Both the position numbers and the translations under genes were made by a program. This document shows, in pieces, positions 27,080 to 40,491 of a DNA stretch of 64,000 nucleotides. The notes under the pieces are model-generated. The model did not search any database and was not told the origin of the DNA. It was given only the letters and a program-made list of their open reading frames with translations. The first letter of the stretch is position 1; each line of letters opens with the position of its first letter. This stretch comes from Camelus dromedarius (lineage: Eukaryota): NCBI RefSeq assembly GCF_036321535.1, contig NC_087436.1:92754001-92818000 (forward strand), in the 5' to 3' direction.

Positions 27080-28860
27080 ATACTCACTTATCAGCATGTA
27101 TTTACTGAATGCCTACCATGTGTCAGGTGCCATTCTAGTTTCTGGAGATCCAGCTCTAATGGATGGCACTTTCTAGTGGAGACAGACAATAAACAAGAAT
27201 AAAGTTATAGTGTGCAGGTAACAAATGTTATGGTCAAAACAAAGCAAGGAAAAATTAGAGGGGTGGGGAGAGAAAGGAAGAGGGTTTGCTATTTTATAAA
27301 GGGCAGTGAGGAGAGGCCTCACTGATAAGGTGGCACTTGAACAGATATTTGAAGAAGTAAAGAAGCACGCTGTGCAGGCAGGTGGCGGGAAGAGTATTTC
27401 AAGCAAGACAAAGGCCCTGGGTTGGAAGCATGCGTAGGATGTACGAAAAGCAGAAAGGAGGCCAGCCAGGCTGGACCAGTGAGGGAGAGAAGAGTTGGAA
27501 ATGGGGTCAGAGAGACCGTGGAGAAGCTCCGTTATGGGGGCCTTGTACGCTTTGCAGAACAGACTCTGTTGTTCTGCGTGAGATGAGAAGCCATGGGAGG
27601 GCTTTGAGAAGAGAAATGACGTAGGAGCTGACATGTTTTCAAAACATCCCAAGCTGCTGCGTTGACATAGAACGCGTGGGCTAGGAGGAAGGGGGGAATC
27701 ACGTAAGAGGCTATTTTGAAAATTCAAGCAAGATATGATGGTGGTGGACATTAAGATAATAGTTGAGATGATGAGAGATGGATTCTCAGTATATTTTGGA
27801 GGTGGAGCCAGTAGATCTTGCTTAGGTGTAGAATGGCCATTGTATAGGAGATGGAGAGGAGTCAGGCACGAATCCAAGGTTCTGGGCAACTGAAAGGATG
27901 AAGGTGTCATTGAATGGAAAGAAAAAGACTGACAGAGATTTTTTTAAAGGTGAGGTGAAGAAATTGGGAGTTTTCCTTTTTGATGCATTGAGTTTGAGAT
28001 ATTAGTCATCTCCCTAATCTCAGTGATGCTCACATTACAAGGGCTGTGGGTTGGTTGTCTTTCTGTTCCATGTGTCTTTTTCATTCAGGAACCTAGGTTG
28101 AAAAAACTAGCCCCTATCTGGAACATGCCCTTCTCAAGAAAGAGGGAAAACAGCTATGGCAGAATCATGCAGTAGCTCCTAAAACATCTGCCCAGACGTG
28201 GCCTGTATCACCTATGCTCACATTGTATTGGTCAAAGCCTGTTTGATGATGAAGTCTGATGTCAGTGGGAAGTACTGCAAGTCATATGGCAAGGGGATGG
28301 TTATTCAGCAGGGGTGTATGATGTTCTTACTGAAGGGCCGTGAATAATTGGGAGCAATCATATCTATCACATCACCCAAGTGGAGATGCCAAGTAGGCAA
28401 CTGAATTTATAAGCCTGTGGTTTGAGGTGGAGAATTCAGATCTCAATAAGCAGTGATTTTTTTTTTAAGTTACAGAATTGAAGCACTCAGTGACTGAGTG
28501 TAGACAGAGAAGAGACAAAGCCCCGGGACAGTCCAATTCTTGGAGGTAAGGGAAATGAGGAACTTGCAGAAGAGACTGGGAAAGAGTGGCCAGTGAGGTA
28601 GGTGGAGAACTCAGAAGGTGAAATTCTGGAAGCCAAAGATTCAGTGCCAATCGCTGCTAGTAGGTCAAGAGTCAGCATTTAAGGCTGACTACTGTGCTTA
28701 GTAGTATGCAAGTCAAGGACAGGGTTAGTGGAGAGATAATAACAAAAGCCTGATTGCAGCAGGCTTCTGAGAAAACAGGAAAGGAGAAGGGCAGCAAGTG
28801 TAGTAGCTGCTTTGAGTTTTTTGCTGTACAGGGAAACAGAAATCGGAAAGTTAGTTGAAG
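27080..28860 (-). mobile_element. L2 LINE 3' region, interrupted by a MaLR LTR
   Basis: tatttactgaatgcctaccatgtgtcagg (antisense L2 end), gagaagccatgggagggctttgag, ccaagtggagatgccaagtaggca. Confidence 0.85.
28010..28371 (-). mobile_element. MaLR (MLT1-type) LTR nested in L2
   Basis: tgctcacattgtattggtcaaagc...tgaataattgggagcaatcatatctatcaca; L2 similarity resumes on both sides. Confidence 0.6.
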
Positions 28861-30628
28861 GGTTTTTTTTGTTTTCAGGGATTTGTGTATGTGTGTGTGT
28901 GGTTGGTGTTTGCTTTACTCTGTTTTCCTAAGATGGGAGAAATAAGAGCATATTTATTAAAATCCAGGAATTTTGTGAAGATCTTACACATTGTCAAGCT
29001 TAGGAATCTTACGTGAAACTGCAAAAACAAACACAAATTAATTCTTTATGGGCATTGCTCAGAATACCTTCCATTAAGTGCACTCAGATAAGAATCTCAG
29101 CATCTTCTATACTTGAAATAGCCTGCCCATAATTACCAATTGCTTGGTTCTGATCCAGGCAGGCCTTAGTGATCCCAAAAAGGACAGAAGCCACAGCCAT
29201 GAGTAACTCCTCGGTTCTGGTCCTTGGAAGAGGGAATGGTCTGTGAGACATCCACTGTCCTTGACCGTCAGGACTGATTCTGCTTATCTGGCTAAAACAT
29301 TGCCATTATCTCCTCTCTCCTAGAAGGGTCCCTCTGGTATCTAATACATAATACATGTATGACAGTATATAGTAAGTGCTCAATAAATTTTGATATGTAC
29401 TATTGATACATACAGAAAATATCATAAGGAAATTGGATCACCTGAGTTAATTCTTTGAACTTCAAATAGAATTGCTGCTAGACCATCTATCACCCAATCT
29501 CTTAATGCTCTTCTAAACCCAACCTGATCTGCCATAGTTCCAGGGGTAGAGTCAATCTCCTTCAAACAGGATCTAACAAAACAGAAATAATAGCAAAAGG
29601 ATTTCAAAGGATTTCTTTAAATTGTGAGATCCTCCAGTGCTTTTAAAAAATGCAGATTTTAAATTATTTAATTTACACAACTTCCAGGAACTTATTTCTT
29701 ATATGAAATATGGTAAAACTGTAACTCCTGCCTTTCTCACCACTTGGGCTCACCAATCCCAAGTTTTCATCTGTAAGGCCTTTAGATGATAAATGATGTC
29801 ATGGTGATTTAGCTCTTTGCTGGACCACCATGTAATCTAACATTAACTTGCAGAATCACATAGTGTATCAATCTGGACACAAATTTGTGATGGCCCAAGA
29901 ACATTTTCTTAGGGTTGACTTGTTCCCTGATGTTCAAAATGTTGATTGTGAATTTGAAGGAAAGATGAAGTCAAGTTCAAAGTATTATTTCTCTTCGTTC
30001 ATTATTTAAAAAAAAACCTGTCTACTTTTTACATTTTACTTTTACCTCTCAGAACGTTTACTGTACCAGTTAACAATGTTATTGTATAAAAAGCCCACCA
30101 GTTGCTTCAAATGGCTGTGAATTTTTTTTTTTTTTTTTTTTTTGTCAGTTTCTGGTATTAAAGTGGTTTGAACTCTTTGGAAAAAATTGGTGTTAACATT
30201 AAGTACCAAGATTTCATATTCCCAGATTAGAAACAAGATTTTTAAATCAGGAGGAAATTTAGTAAAAATTCAAGGCTGAGAGGAAATGTTAATAAAAGAA
30301 ACAAAAACAAAAATATCATAAATAGCAGGTTTTCCCTCCACCCCCAAGTTAGGTAAAAAAACAATTGCAAACAACCCCACCCCACCTTCTATTTTTCTCT
30401 TAGAAAAGTCACCCAATCCTAAACACGGGGTCTCACACACAAATACAAGGAGCTTGATTTGCAGATCAGCACCTGGGATCTTGCACAGGCCCTAGTGTTT
30501 TTGTTTTTGTTTTGTTTTTTAACTTAAGTTAAGTAGTTAGACTTCCATAAAGACTGGTATCTAAATGAATGAAAATTCCTGGCTTTGGTACAGCTATAGA
30601 AATCTGTAAAGTGTTCAAGAGGACACTG

Positions 30629-30751
30629 GCTTAGCATGCACAAGGTTCTGGGTTCAATCCCCAGTACTTCCTCTAAAAATAAGTGAATAAGCCTAGTTAC
30701 CTCCCTCCTCAAAATATAAATTAAAATTAAAATTAAAAAAATTAAAAAAAA
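30629..30751 (+). mobile_element. 5'-truncated Vic-1-like SINE
   Basis: gcttagcatgcacaaggttctgggttcaatccccag matches the copy at 22023. The A box is absent and the A-rich tail is present. Confidence 0.8.
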
Positions 30752-32268
30752 GGGATAAATGTGTGTGTTCTGACTGCTCCACCAATCAGCCACTCCCCTG
30801 TCACTCTCCCTCTCCTTGGGCCTCCCTGTCCTTGGAGACGCAGCAATGTCGAAATTAGGCCAATTAATAACCCTACAACGGCCTCTAAATGTTCAAGTGA
30901 AAGGAAGACGTGCACATGTCTCATTTTAAGCCAAAAGCTAGAAGTGAGTAAGCCTAGTGAGGAATGCTTGTCCAAGTCAAGACAGGCTAAAAACCGGGCC
31001 TCTTACACCAAATAGCCAGGTTGTGAAGGCAAAGGAAAAGCTCTTGAAGGAAATTAAAAGTGCTACTCCAGTGAGCACACAAGTGGTAAGAATGTGAAAC
31101 AGCAGTATTGCTGATACGGAGAAAGTTCTGGTGACCTGGATAAAAGATCTAACCAGAAACCAGCCATGACATCCCTGTAAGCCACAATCTAATCCAGAGC
31201 AAGGTCCTAACTCTCTTCAATTCTATGGAGGCTGAGAGAGGTGAGGAAGCTGCAGAAGAAAAGTCTGAAGCCAGCAGAGTCTGATTCGTGAGGTTTAAGG
31301 AAAGAAGCCGTCTCCATAATACAAAAATGCAGGGTGAAGCAGCAAGTTACTAGAAGATCCAGCTAAGATAATTTATGAAGGGGGCTATACTAACCGAGAT
31401 TTTCCATATAGAGGAAACAGCCTTATATTGGAAAAAGATGCCACTTAGGATTTTCATAGCCAGAGAGAAGCCAATGCCTGGTTTCAAAGCTTCAAAAGAA
31501 AGACAGGCTGACTCTTGTTAGGGACGCATGCAGTTGGGGACTTTAAGCTGAAGCCAATGCTCATTTACCATTTCAAAAATCCTTAGGGTTCTTAAGAGTG
31601 CTCAATGCTCAATCTCCTCTGCCTGTGCTCTATACATGGAACAACAAAGCCTGGATGACAGCACCTCTGCTTGCAACATGGTTTACTGAATATTTTAAGC
31701 CCACTGTCAATGAATGAGCACAGAAAGTGGGTTCTTGTGATGGAATTTACTCCTGGTGAAGATGCTGTGAAGATTGCAGAAATGACAACAAAACATTGAG
31801 AATATTATGTAAAGTTAGTTAAAAAAGCAGTGGCAGGGTTTGAGAGGATTGACTCCGATTTTGAGAGAAGTTCTACTGTTATCAAACAGCATTTAATGCT
31901 ACTTAGAAACTGTTCTTGAAAGGAAGTCAACTGATGTGGCAAATTCATTATCTTCTTAAGAAATTGCCACAGCCATCTCAACCCTCAGCAACCACCATGC
32001 GGATCAGTCAGCACCATCCACATGGAGGCAAGTCCTTCCACCAGGAAGAAGCCTTGCTAAAGGCTCAGACAATGGTTACTATTTTTTAGCAATTTTTTAA
32101 GTAATATTTTAAAATTAAGGTACGTACGTGTGTTTTTAGACATAATGCTACTGCACACTTTTACATGCACAGGGAAACCAAAAACATTTCTGTGTCTTGC
32201 TTTATTGTGTTATTTGCTTTACTGCAGTGGTTTGGAACCAAACCTGCAATATCTCTGAGGTATGCTTG
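30752..32268 (+). mobile_element. Tigger1 (TcMar-pogo) DNA transposon, 5'-truncated and internally deleted
   Basis: Decayed transposase start ccctacaacggcctctaaatgttcaagtgaaaggaag and aaattaaaagtgctactccagtg. The 3' TIR gcaatatctctgaggtatgcttg is followed by TA. Confidence 0.9.
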
Positions 32269-33045
32269 TACATATAAAAGGTACCTGGCATGAACAGTTC
32301 AAATTACTCTGTTGATAGCTATTAGATATGTTTTTACTTTTAGGTCTATTTAAAAACCTTTACAAGCCCTTAAAGACAGACGCAATTCTGTACTTTGCTA
32401 TACAAATTCTAAACTATAGTGCTCTATTTTCAATATGTTTTGATTTTGGGGAAGGAACTATGCCCTCTCAAAATATCAAATTACTTTGAAAAATTACCTT
32501 GGTTTAGTTACTTATGAAAAAGAAAACAGTTGGAATTCCTACAGGATTAGTATAGACTTCAACTTGGATCCTAGTGCAGGCTGGCTCTAGCTTTTGGTGT
32601 TTTTAAGTTTTGGGGGATTTTTTTCACCGTAAATGTACTATATAAACACATCTCAAAAGAAGTAACTCAATTAACACGTTTAAATATTTTGTCAAAATGT
32701 AATAATACTATGTATCACTAAGGGGTATTTTGGATTTTCACTTTACCAAAGCACATGATATCCTAATGGTATATTAATAATAGTTGTACTAAAATTGATT
32801 ATAATATGATTGAGTTGTTATATCTTGGTTTTATAAAACCAGGACACTCACAAACTAACAAGCATACTCAAGGAATAATAAATTCTGTTCAAATACAGTG
32901 GCATGATTTTTAAGGTAAAATGTATCAGATTACAACAGTTTAGTTCTTAGCATGAGGTAAAGAGGGATTTATGTTTAACAAACATTTATCTATCAGGGGG
33001 AAAAAAATCCCAAACTAAGAAGTGAACTGCTCTTCTTTACATACA

Positions 33046-33051
33046 TTTATT
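33046..33051 (-). terminator. Candidate distal SLC30A9 polyadenylation signal AATAAA
   Basis: Plus-strand tttatt, followed on the minus strand by a U/GU-rich tract (tagtttgggattttttt). About 3.9 kb after the stop. Confidence 0.45.
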
Positions 33052-34161
33052 AAGGAAAAAGCCCTCCAAGGGACCAGGACCACTGAAATCACAGATAAAA
33101 TAAAACGTAACAGAAAGAAAATTTTTCCCTGTTTCATAAAACCAGGTCTAGAGATGCTAGTAAACTTAAATGCAAATATAAAGGCTGCCAGACAAATCTT
33201 CTATATAAATGCCTTCCAAAGTTCCATTTCAGAGACAGGTATGAGGGATTTAGGGGAGACAATCTTTGAATCAACATTTTACCTTCAATTCTTTGCTTCA
33301 CTGACTTCTGACAGTTTGGCAAATGGGAGGTCATCACATTTAAAAGAAATGCCAAAAGAAATGCAATCTAAGAAAGATAGTATAAAAATTACAAATGCCT
33401 GTGCAATTTTCTGTACTTTCCAGCATTCTACCTCAAAAAGTTATCAGATTTAAAACTTAAGCCATCTCCTCTAGATGGTGTTAATTTGGGCAAAAAGCAT
33501 TATCCAAAGTATGAAATAATTAAGGTAACGTTAAAATCATGCACCCAAAATTCAAGTCTTATGCCACTTTGTTGTTCTGGGTTACTTGGTGTGTGTGTGT
33601 GTAGGACGATGGACGCAGGTATCAATTTTGTTTTTGAAAAACTTGAAAGTTTCCCAATCTATCTTACAGTTTCCTTAATATTGTTCAGGAATCTCCCTCT
33701 TTGGAACTGAATACTAATGGACACCAACATGTCCACTTAAAAATAGGTCTCCATCCCTCATCCTCCCACTGCCATGGTCTAAAAAGTGTGTTAATTTCCA
33801 TAGTTTGGGGACTGGACTTACAGTCAGAGCTGAAAACAAGTAAATCTCACCTTTGACAGTTTCCAGATTTCCACTTAGTACAAACAGGAGTCATGGGCTC
33901 TTGACTGACCTCTTCTCTGTCCAACATTACTTTTGCAATCGTTCTACTACAGAAGCTATTTTCCTTAAAAATATTACGATTTATATTCTTAAATATTCAA
34001 ATACTATGCATGAGGGCAAGACAAAGTAAGAATTATTAATTTGGGAAAAAAAACAAAAACAGGAAACCTGAACAACTACGTTATCTTATTTTTGAAGAAA
34101 GGGGATCAAATTCCCTGGTTTTGTAATTCAAATTTGACTTCAGTTTAAAAGAAAAAGAAAA

Positions 34162-34330
34162 TGTATAGCACAGGGAAATATACACAAGATCTTATGGTAG
34201 CTCACAGAGAAAAAAATGTGACAATGAATGTATGTGTTCATGTATAACTGAAAAATTGTGCTCTACACTGGAATTTGACACAACATTGTAAAATGATTAT
34301 AAATCAATAAAAAATGTAAAAAAAAAAAAA
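34162..34330 (+). mobile_element. Short, young L1 3' end with poly(A) tail
   Basis: tgtatagcacagggaaatata...acaacattgtaaaatgattataaatcaataaaaaatgt plus an A-run, with aaaaagaaa on both flanks. Confidence 0.75.
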
Positions 34331-35493
34331 GAAAGCAGGAATAGATTTGGCAGTTACAAGTCTTTTAGATCTTGGAATTTGACCAATTTTTAAGTGATTT
34401 GTATGTGTTCGTGGGTGACTCAATATAATAAAAATAACTACAATGTGTAAAACACTTTATAAAGGACTTTTCATGTTCAGTACAGTCCTAGACCCTTATA
34501 ACTAGTCTGTAAAGCAGGTATCAATACTCTCATTTTCTGGGTGAGGAAATTGAAGCTTTGAGCAGTTTAGTAAATTGTTTGCAGTCAGAGAGCAAGTAAA
34601 TAGCAGTGCTGTGACTCAGTCACAGCTCCACTGGTGACGTAGGTGATATTATTCCTACTGCCCCATTTTTACCTTGCAATCTGGGGTTACTGAAGTTTTC
34701 GGTGTTTGTAATTACCTTGGGAGCCCTAGGTAGTTATGTTGACAAGAGTCCCTGTGTCCATGTAAAAAACGTGAAGAAAAAAAAAAAGACCAGTGATGTC
34801 ATACATTTCACAATTCCACAAAAATACTCAAATTCTTAAATAGGCTGTACTTCTTTATGTAGAATTTTGCTTTGACAAACTTTATAACAGCAATGCAGAA
34901 CAGAACTAGAAAGAAAATACAGAAACATAAGCCTTCAATTATTATTTAAGAATAGGTAGGACTTCAAATTAGATTAGAAATATCAGGAATTGGCCTCTTC
35001 TGGGAAGTCCTTAAAAAATTCTGCCACTTAGAAAGAATAACTTGTGCACATCAACTTTGAAGTTTTTTTTTTAAAAGAGTTAATATTCTTGTCTAGCTGT
35101 GTGAAATTTTTCAGAGTAATTTTACTAGGAGAAAATTAGATATAATTTGGTACCTCCCCATATGGCAGTGACATGGAATAACAAAATGGCAGGTGGGAAA
35201 GGGGAGGAAGACACAAAGTATAGAGTGAATTATAATGGGTAAAAAAGTTTTTTTAAAAGTAGAGGTGAAAAATTTGAAACCATAAGAACAGAGAATCAAA
35301 TTGTGTGTGTGCATATATACATATATGTATAAAACAATTTTGTATCTTAAAAAATAAAGCTAGAATGTTATTTCACTTAAAATGTACAGCATGCACAATT
35401 CTTTGTAATAGAAAAAAAATTGTACACCAGTGTAAATTTTCACCATTTTCAGTAAATGACATTTCTGGATGAAAAAATTACCATTACAAACCC

Positions 35494-35511
35494 TTTAATC
35501 AAATGTTTATT
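35494..35511 (-). terminator. Proximal SLC30A9 polyadenylation signals (AATAAA then ATTAAA)
   Basis: Plus-strand tttatt at 35506-35511 and tttaat at 35494-35499, about 1.4 kb after the stop. U-rich sequence lies downstream on the minus strand. Confidence 0.65.
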
Positions 35512-36905
35512 TTTTGTTTCCAGCATTACAATTTGCTACAATTCATAAACTTCAACCTAAGTAAGTTTTTAGACACTGACCTAGGTCCTTAAGCACTCAA
35601 TTACCCAGCAGAGATCATTCATTCACCCAGCCACCACTCTTGCGTGGACAATGCTCACTGGTACCTGAACAATGTAAAGTGCACATGAATTGTTTTGATG
35701 AATGGAGACACAGCCTTAGTTCTGCACTAAATTTTCAATTACTGAATTGCATGTTTTTTCACCTCAATACCTTATGATCAGTAGAAAGCTACTTACTTAC
35801 GTAATGTTATAGTCATATATTATGCTAAATGCCCACTTGTAAGTGCAAGAAACTCATGTTTCAGGCACACTACTGACTATATTTTATACAGAGTCATGGC
35901 CACAAGTTTCTGCATAAGAGGTTTACTTTTCTATCTTTCTTTTAAAGCAAGAAATATCCCATAGTTCAGATTTACATAAGTAGTGCCTCTTTTCAAATAA
36001 ATTAAAAATAAAATGCTGTCCTGTCTGTAAAATTATAAATATTTCTAGTACATTTACAGAATGTTAAAATGCTTATAAATGCATGATCTCCTAGTAAATA
36101 CACATTATGGCACCGAAGCCAGTTAAAGAAACAAAAACAAAAACAAAACAGTCATCACACTGGCCCATGGAAACATCTAGGGTTATTTTACATTTCCTAC
36201 CATTAGAAAAATTAAACTAAGTAAAGAAAAAAAGCAAAGGAGAGAAAAGAAATCTTACAAAATGGCAGCTACTATGACCTAAAAGAGCGTACTGAAATGT
36301 CTTCCTTCAATTCAGTAACACAGCCCTTTCTGGAATGAACATTTATGGGTAACTAGGTTAGGAGAGTGTTCCTCTTAGTACTCAGGGCAAATTACAAGGT
36401 ATGTAGAAATAATTTCCACATTCTACACATAAAGACAGACTTTAAAATGGAGTGACTATTTTAAAAACCACAAACCAAGGTTTAGTCAGAATGTTCAAGA
36501 TTGGCAGGTTCTGATGGAGTAAAATCTTCAGTGGCAAAAAAATTAAAAATCATAATCATATGGATGTCTCTTATTTTTACAATGTGTAGAAAGAAACATG
36601 ATTACAAGGTACAATACACACTGACAGGTTAAGATGAGAAATTATGAACAATTTAAGTAACTCAAATGCTTCCTGTTGAAAATAAAAACATGATTTCCAA
36701 ATTGATTCAACTTGTAGTATGTCTCTTATAAGTAAGAAGTTGTTTTAGTTCTGTAGACTGTTGAATTGCCCTTTACATGAATACTTCCTCCATCTTAAAA
36801 AAAAAAACAATGTCTTCTGAATGGCGCTGACTCCTTCAGTGTGGGAAAGCAGTCTTGGCAAACTTGTTTCCAAGGCTCCCCCAACGGTGACTCATTCCAT
36901 CAAAT

Positions 36906-36950
36906 CTATAATATCTCCAAATCTACATGTCGAACTTCAGGATTTCGTTT
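36906..36950 (-). CDS. SLC30A9: ZnT9 terminal coding exon to TAG stop
   Basis: ttccag|AAA CGA AAT CCT... encodes KRNPEVRHVDLEIL*, the recognised ZnT9 C-terminus. Confidence 0.95.
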   Translation of the reverse strand, partial: KRNPEVRHVDLEIL

Positions 36951-37419
36951 CTGGAAGGAAAAATTAACACCGCATTATTCATAGCAAAAGAGAATCTTCC
37001 ATTTCCTTTTATTCCTTCTGATCACTAAAGCCAATGAAAACATTTCATCAAACTATAGGTGAATAGACCAGTTACACAGTATAAACAATACAGTAAATAG
37101 TCCCACCTCCCTGAGTCTGTTTCTATGTTCGTTAATACAAAAATGGATTAAGGATCTAGTATGCATTGCAAAGCACTGGAAACATGCTCTTGTATGTGAT
37201 GAAAAGCAAATCACTGCAGAACAATTATAATCAGAAAGATTAAATTGATATTCACTTATTTATATATTTTAGTACCAATCCATATAGTCTTGGCCCAAGT
37301 TCTGTGCTAGAAAGTGGAGCTATGATTATTAAAGAAGACTCTGCTCCTGACCCTGAGGGACTCAGTTTAGCCAGAGAGACAAGGGTATCAAGAACCTCTA
37401 CGAGTTGAAGCATTATGGC

Positions 37420-37670
37420 TAATAACAAGAACCAGCTAACATTGAATGAGCGGTCACCCTCGTGTCAAGTACTGTGCTAGGGAGTTCACAGCAAGTGAGT
37501 GCTTTAAAAACCCTCCTAATAACCCACTCATTTCCATTTTACACATGAGAAAACTGAAGGTTAAAGAAAGCAGTTAACCTGCCCAAAGACACACAGCTAG
37601 CAAGTGATGGAGCCAGGACAGGCTCCAGGCCTGACTCTAGACCCCAAGCTCCTGACTATTTCAATGCACT
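37420..37670 (-). mobile_element. MIR SINE
   Basis: ccattttacacatgagaaaactgaagg...aacctgcccaaagacacacagctagcaagt. Confidence 0.75.
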
Positions 37671-40491
37671 AAATAACAACTCTGCAAACAGAACTGTGAG
37701 GTCTATTACTTTTGCTTATGAGATCCAGAGAGAACTCACTGAAGATACAGTATCTAAACAAGGTTTGAACACAGTGAGATGATCCAGAGAAATGATCAAA
37801 AGGGTCCAGGCAAAAGAAACAGCACGAACAGAGGCAGAGAGCCTGGAAAGTACGTGCTGGCAGTACGGTACCGTTACCACAGCAGCCACCAGGAGGGCAG
37901 GGTTAGCAATGAGGATGGAAAGACAGGCAGATGCCAGACTGTGAAAAACCTTAAGGAATTTCAGTAACAACAAAACCTATCTCTATTACATGCCTGCACT
38001 GTACCGAGCACTGAAGTGTACAACAATGAACAAGAAACAAACTGCTCTTGCCTTCTTCAGTGAACTCACCGCTAGTGAGGAGATACAGGTAAAGTAGGCA
38101 GGCAATGCTAACAGTCTACTACTACAGAGCAAAGGAAAGGCTTTGGGGGGTTTTTCCACCATCAGTACATAAAGGACACCTAACACAATCTGGGGGAATT
38201 AAGTTTAATAAAATGAATATAATGATACTGTGAGACTGTAGGACAGAAGAGAGTGTATAAAAAACTAAATCTATGCCTATGTAAGAGGAAATAAATAATG
38301 CTTAAATCAGGAGAGCATGGTAAGACTTTCATATATAATTATGGCAGTAAATATAAAAGAAATACTAAAAATTAAAAAATGATTAGCTCTAAAATATAAA
38401 ATTAAGGATTGAGGAAGGCAAGGCAAGTGGGCAGGTGACACATTTCTGTACATGCTTTTCAATTCCTACTTCCATCAATTTTTTTTGTGTATACTTGATA
38501 AAAATTATAAAAATAAGTCAACAAGGGGGAAAAGGCTCTTCTAAATGATTCTAATAATCAGTCAAGATTAACTCCTAGGAAAGAACAGCCTAGGAATATC
38601 TACATGTTGTTCATATTAAAGGAATTCAATTAGGAAGACAAAAATCTGGTAAAATAATGGAGTTCAGCTCCAGCTAGAGCGTTCATTCTATTTAGTGCAC
38701 ACTGGGATTTTTCTCATAACCAGTGTAGCGCAAGTGTACCTAGGAGTACTTTCCTCTTGGATCCTAACGGAAGAATGGCCAGGGACCCCACGTGGTGGGT
38801 ATACTTTTTTCTCAGTGTTTTCTTTATCTTAAACTATTCCCTGTGCCTAGAATTTCTTAAATTCAATATGGAATAAAAAACTTCCTCAAACAGAAATGAA
38901 ACTGAATCTTATTTTCCGATTCCAATCAACCCTTACTCATCCCAATATGACATGAAAAATTTTAGCTGTTTATTGGAAAATTTTAAATTATTAAATCTAA
39001 AAAGCACTATATAACAAATGTATACTAATAAAAATCTGATCTCAAGAAAAAGAAACTAAAGTTAATTTATTCTGCTTTTTAAAACCAAGTTTTCAGAGAG
39101 AAAACTATAATCAAATTCCTAAAATGTAATGTGCCAAAGCAGACACACACAATGTGTTTGCTAAACGAATGGTAAAAGAAATAGGATTAATATCCTTAAA
39201 TTTTAATGTTTACTGTCTAACAAGATTATCATGTGCAGAGTAGAAACTGAGTAATTGTGAAATAGAACTGAAAATCAATAATAATGTCCAATTTATAATT
39301 TTCATTAATTTATTCAACAAATATTTATTGGATCTATGCCATCCCAGATACTGTTCAATGCGAACTGGAACATTTCACACATCACAGACAGATTTTACCA
39401 ACACTCATATTATGCAAAGATAAAACCAAATTACATAATTTATTTTACAGTGTTTGCAGACTTAAGAAAAGCCTAAAGGAGGATGCAATTAGAGATGCAA
39501 AAGACAAAGTAAAGGGCAGAGTATTTAACTGGAATTTATTAGGAATTTGCATATGTTATGGTATCTCCCACTGAATTAATCTCCAACAGAATTATTTCCT
39601 CCCAAACAAACAAAAGTTCATGAGGGACAGGACAAGGGTCTATCTACAGACTGAATAGAGAGGTAGAATACAATAACAACAACAAAAACCTAAGCTGAGT
39701 TCAAAGAATTTAAAAATAAGAACAAGATGTATTTCATATTATAATATGGGACTTTATAAATTAGCCTCTATATTTTAAACATCTTTACATAGAACTAAGT
39801 AAGTTACAGACTTAAAGGCAAAAATATCACCTGTTCTAATACTTAGATCAAGGCATCATTCAAAGGAGATGGCCATAATGCTGCAGACATTTATCACTGA
39901 GTGTGACCAAAGTAATTCAATAATTATTAAAATGTAAACTTAGAAGGCAATCATGCTTAGATACTAAAAAAGGAGGGAAAATGCCAATGTACAAAGTTTT
40001 AATTTTCAAAAGAAAATCAACTTATTTTCATGACAAGAAAGAAGGATATATTCATGCACTGTCTTGGTTTGGTACCTCAACTATCCTTTGACTTAAGATT
40101 AATACCTTATTACCACGTTAGAGATGTTTCCACCTGAAAGTGAGGGCAAAACGTGGCTTCCTGGTGTGAAAGACTTATAATTAAAAAACACAAGATAGTT
40201 CAGTCTATTAATTACTTAGTAGCTTCTAATTAAAGCACAAAGTTAGCTAAAAAATAATAATAAGCTTATCTATGATAAAAGTAAATATAGTTAAGAATAA
40301 CCAACATGTTAATTATTCTTAAATGTGGCTTCTGACTTACGGTTTCTATTAAAAACTAATGCTAAAATGAAGATTTAGTTTAGAAGTCCTTTATTTCTCT
40401 TGCCAGGGAAATAAAAACAGAATGGAAATGCAATATATATTCATTCTCAAGTTATCCTGCAAAAAACAATCATCTCATATTTTATTTAGAA

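Noticed and set aside
27173..27910. Longest ORF in the track (245 aa, minus strand)
   Set aside because: It lies wholly in a decayed L2. The S/P/L-rich composition reflects a pyrimidine-rich, stop-poor strand, and I see no recognisable domain.
30878..32060. Tigger1 transposase as a domesticated gene
   Set aside because: The start codon is mutated to ACG, and there are multiple stops, frameshifts and an internal deletion.
33022..33453. 143-aa plus-strand ORF
   Set aside because: It has a GTG start, is antisense to the likely SLC30A9 3' UTR, and has no recognisable motifs or splice support.
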